DNA of 64,000 nt from assembly GCF_964355755.1 (NCBI RefSeq), contig NC_092674.1, positions 6,324,001-6,388,000 on the forward strand. Direction: 5' to 3'. The notes under the pieces are model-generated. The model searched no databases. It saw nothing but the letters and a program-made list of their open reading frames with translations, and was not told the DNA's origin. The stretch comes from Antedon mediterranea (taxonomy: Eukaryota; Animalia; Echinodermata). The translations under genes were made by a program, and so were the position numbers. The stretch's first letter is position 1, and every line of letters begins with the position of its first letter. Positions 62,488 to 64,000 of the stretch are shown one piece after another.

Positions 62488-64000
62488 ATGGACGTTGGCA
62501 GCATTCAGACTATGGTCACTTTAGATCATGTATGGAGTCCATCTGCCGACATCCAAAGCACTTATGTACCTATGACATTTACGTTTGAAGATGGTGTGCA
62601 GAGTGAGGTAGAGATTGCAACAGACCGGCCAAAACATGATTTAATTAACCAGGCCAGAAGTTCAATCCTAGCAAATAGTCATTCGTTGTTGAATAATTTA
62701 TTTCTGGACCAAGGGACATCTGCGCCGCAAAAGACACCTGCGCCACAAAAGACACTATGTGATAAGCAATTGATTAAAAAGGAAAGTCTTGAAAAGAAAC
62801 TGAATAATAACAAGAAAGAAGTATCGGTGCCGAAGAATAAAGAGGTGAATCGGGTAACGCAAAAATCCAGGCTTAGCTGTAAGGTGGTTCAAAAGAAGGA
62901 AACCAAACAGTCGGATGTTGTTGAAAACATCACTAGTAGAGATGAAAATCTAATTCATTGCATGCTATGCCAAGCGTCGTTCAACGATGTTGTTTCTTTG
63001 GAAACACACATCTCCAACAACCACAAAGTTTCGTATTATTACTGTTCACAGTGCAGAAGTACATTCCAAGACGTCAAGTCTTTAGTTGATCATTCTCCAG
63101 ACCATGTTCTGGAGCAAATGCTTCGTTTTATCAAGTCTCATAGAATTGGTTGTAGCATATGCTGGCAGGGTACTTCTGACTTCAAAACCTTGACAGATCA
63201 TGTTAATAAAGCTCATGACTTAAACGTGTTCTGTTGTTCCTCTTGCCAATTCTTATGTTTGGATTCTGATGATCTTGCTAAACATGAACAAACTCATTAC
63301 TCAGGATCCTCAAAAGAATCCTCTAAGTTTAGTTCTCTTGCCACGGTGTGCAATTGTAAAGTTTGTGGTTTGGAACTGGAGACTAGAGAAGATGTCACAC
63401 AGCACATGAAGATGCATAAATCTGGAAACATGTATGTTTGTGAGTTTTGCGGAGAATGCTTTTGTGCACGACAAAAAGTTATCCAACATCGACGAGTTCA
63501 CACTGGGGACAAACCTTTCCGTTGCAAACTTTGTCATTTCTCTTGCAACCGTAAAGACAATTTAAAAGGTCATTTAAGAAGAATTCATTCGCATGCCGAG
63601 AAACCACTTTCTAAAAAACCAAGAAAAGACAATAATAATGTAAATATTAAAGATGCTCACACAGACATTGCAACTATCAATTTAGAAAAATCTGTTTTAG
63701 TTGAAATTCACTCTGATAAAGTTTCTTCAAACATTTGCCAAGAGAACAAAAATGTTAAACAGTCTACAAATCACTCTTTCTTCTGTGCTGATAAATCTTT
63801 AAAAGAATTAGAATCTTCCCTTGTGCCGACAATCCAGAGATCAGTAATTCCTGATACTTCCAGCAGTCCCGTCAAAACATCTTTGAACGGCAATGAATGC
63901 TCTTTATTGACTGGCAGTGACTTGGACAAGGCGGCAGTAGATTTAGGTAAGCTTCCATCTTCCATGCTTCTTACTGGGTCTGAATATGATGCACTTGTGC
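62488..64000 (+). CDS. C2H2 zinc-finger protein, at least 7 fingers, runs off the right edge
   Basis: Open frame from ATG 62488 (MDVGSIQTMVTLDHVW..) after an acceptor at 62452; fingers such as CMLCQASF..HISNNH and YVCEFCGECFCARQKVIQHRRVH-TGDKPF-RCKLCHFSCNRKDNLKGHLRRIH. Confidence 0.9.
   Translation, partial: MDVGSIQTMVTLDHVWSPSADIQSTYVPMTFTFEDGVQSEVEIATDRPKHDLINQARSSILANSHSLLNNLFLDQGTSAPQKTPAPQKTLCDKQLIKKESLEKKLNNNKKEVSVPKNKEVNRVTQKSRLSCKVVQKKETKQSDVVENITSRDENLIHCMLCQASFNDVVSLETHISNNHKVSYYYCSQCRSTFQDVKSLVDHSPDHVLEQMLRFIKSHRIGCSICWQGTSDFKTLTDHVNKAHDLNVFCCSSCQFLCLDSDDLAKHEQTHYSGSSKESSKFSSLATVCNCKVCGLELETREDVTQHMKMHKSGNMYVCEFCGECFCARQKVIQHRRVHTGDKPFRCKLCHFSCNRKDNLKGHLRRIHSHAEKPLSKKPRKDNNNVNIKDAHTDIATINLEKSVLVEIHSDKVSSNICQENKNVKQSTNHSFFCADKSLKELESSLVPTIQRSVIPDTSSSPVKTSLNGNECSLLTGSDLDKAAVDLGKLPSSMLLTGSEYDALV

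Overview
AT-rich invertebrate animal genomic DNA (spliceosomal introns, SINEs, MITEs); it is not prokaryotic. Four protein-coding genes were read by hand. (1) The 5' part of a VWA/Cache-domain (CACHD1/alpha2delta-like) gene on the minus strand, running off the left edge. (2) A ZIP (SLC39A subfamily II) zinc transporter with an intronless CDS at 7998-8960 (+). (3) A complete ARAP gene of about 40 coding exons (SAM-PH-PH-ArfGAP-ANK-PH-PH-RhoGAP-RA-PH) at 13596-55596 (-). (4) A C2H2 zinc-finger gene starting at 62488 (+), absent from the ORF track. Introns are full of MITEs, SINEs, LINE/Penelope fragments and minisatellites. The most unusual feature is a 31 x 67-bp array inside ARAP built from an exon end plus its donor, in which each unit reads as a 58-nt GT..AG mini-intron plus a 9-nt frame-preserving micro-exon. 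Also notable are two intact-looking and one decayed Penelope-type hammerhead ribozymes, a (TA)n-associated ~360-bp element with an internal tRNA-Asp(ATC)-like gene, a candidate mutually exclusive or alternative first exon in the ARAP ankyrin region, and a GC-AG intron. Exon models are manual and lack transcript support.
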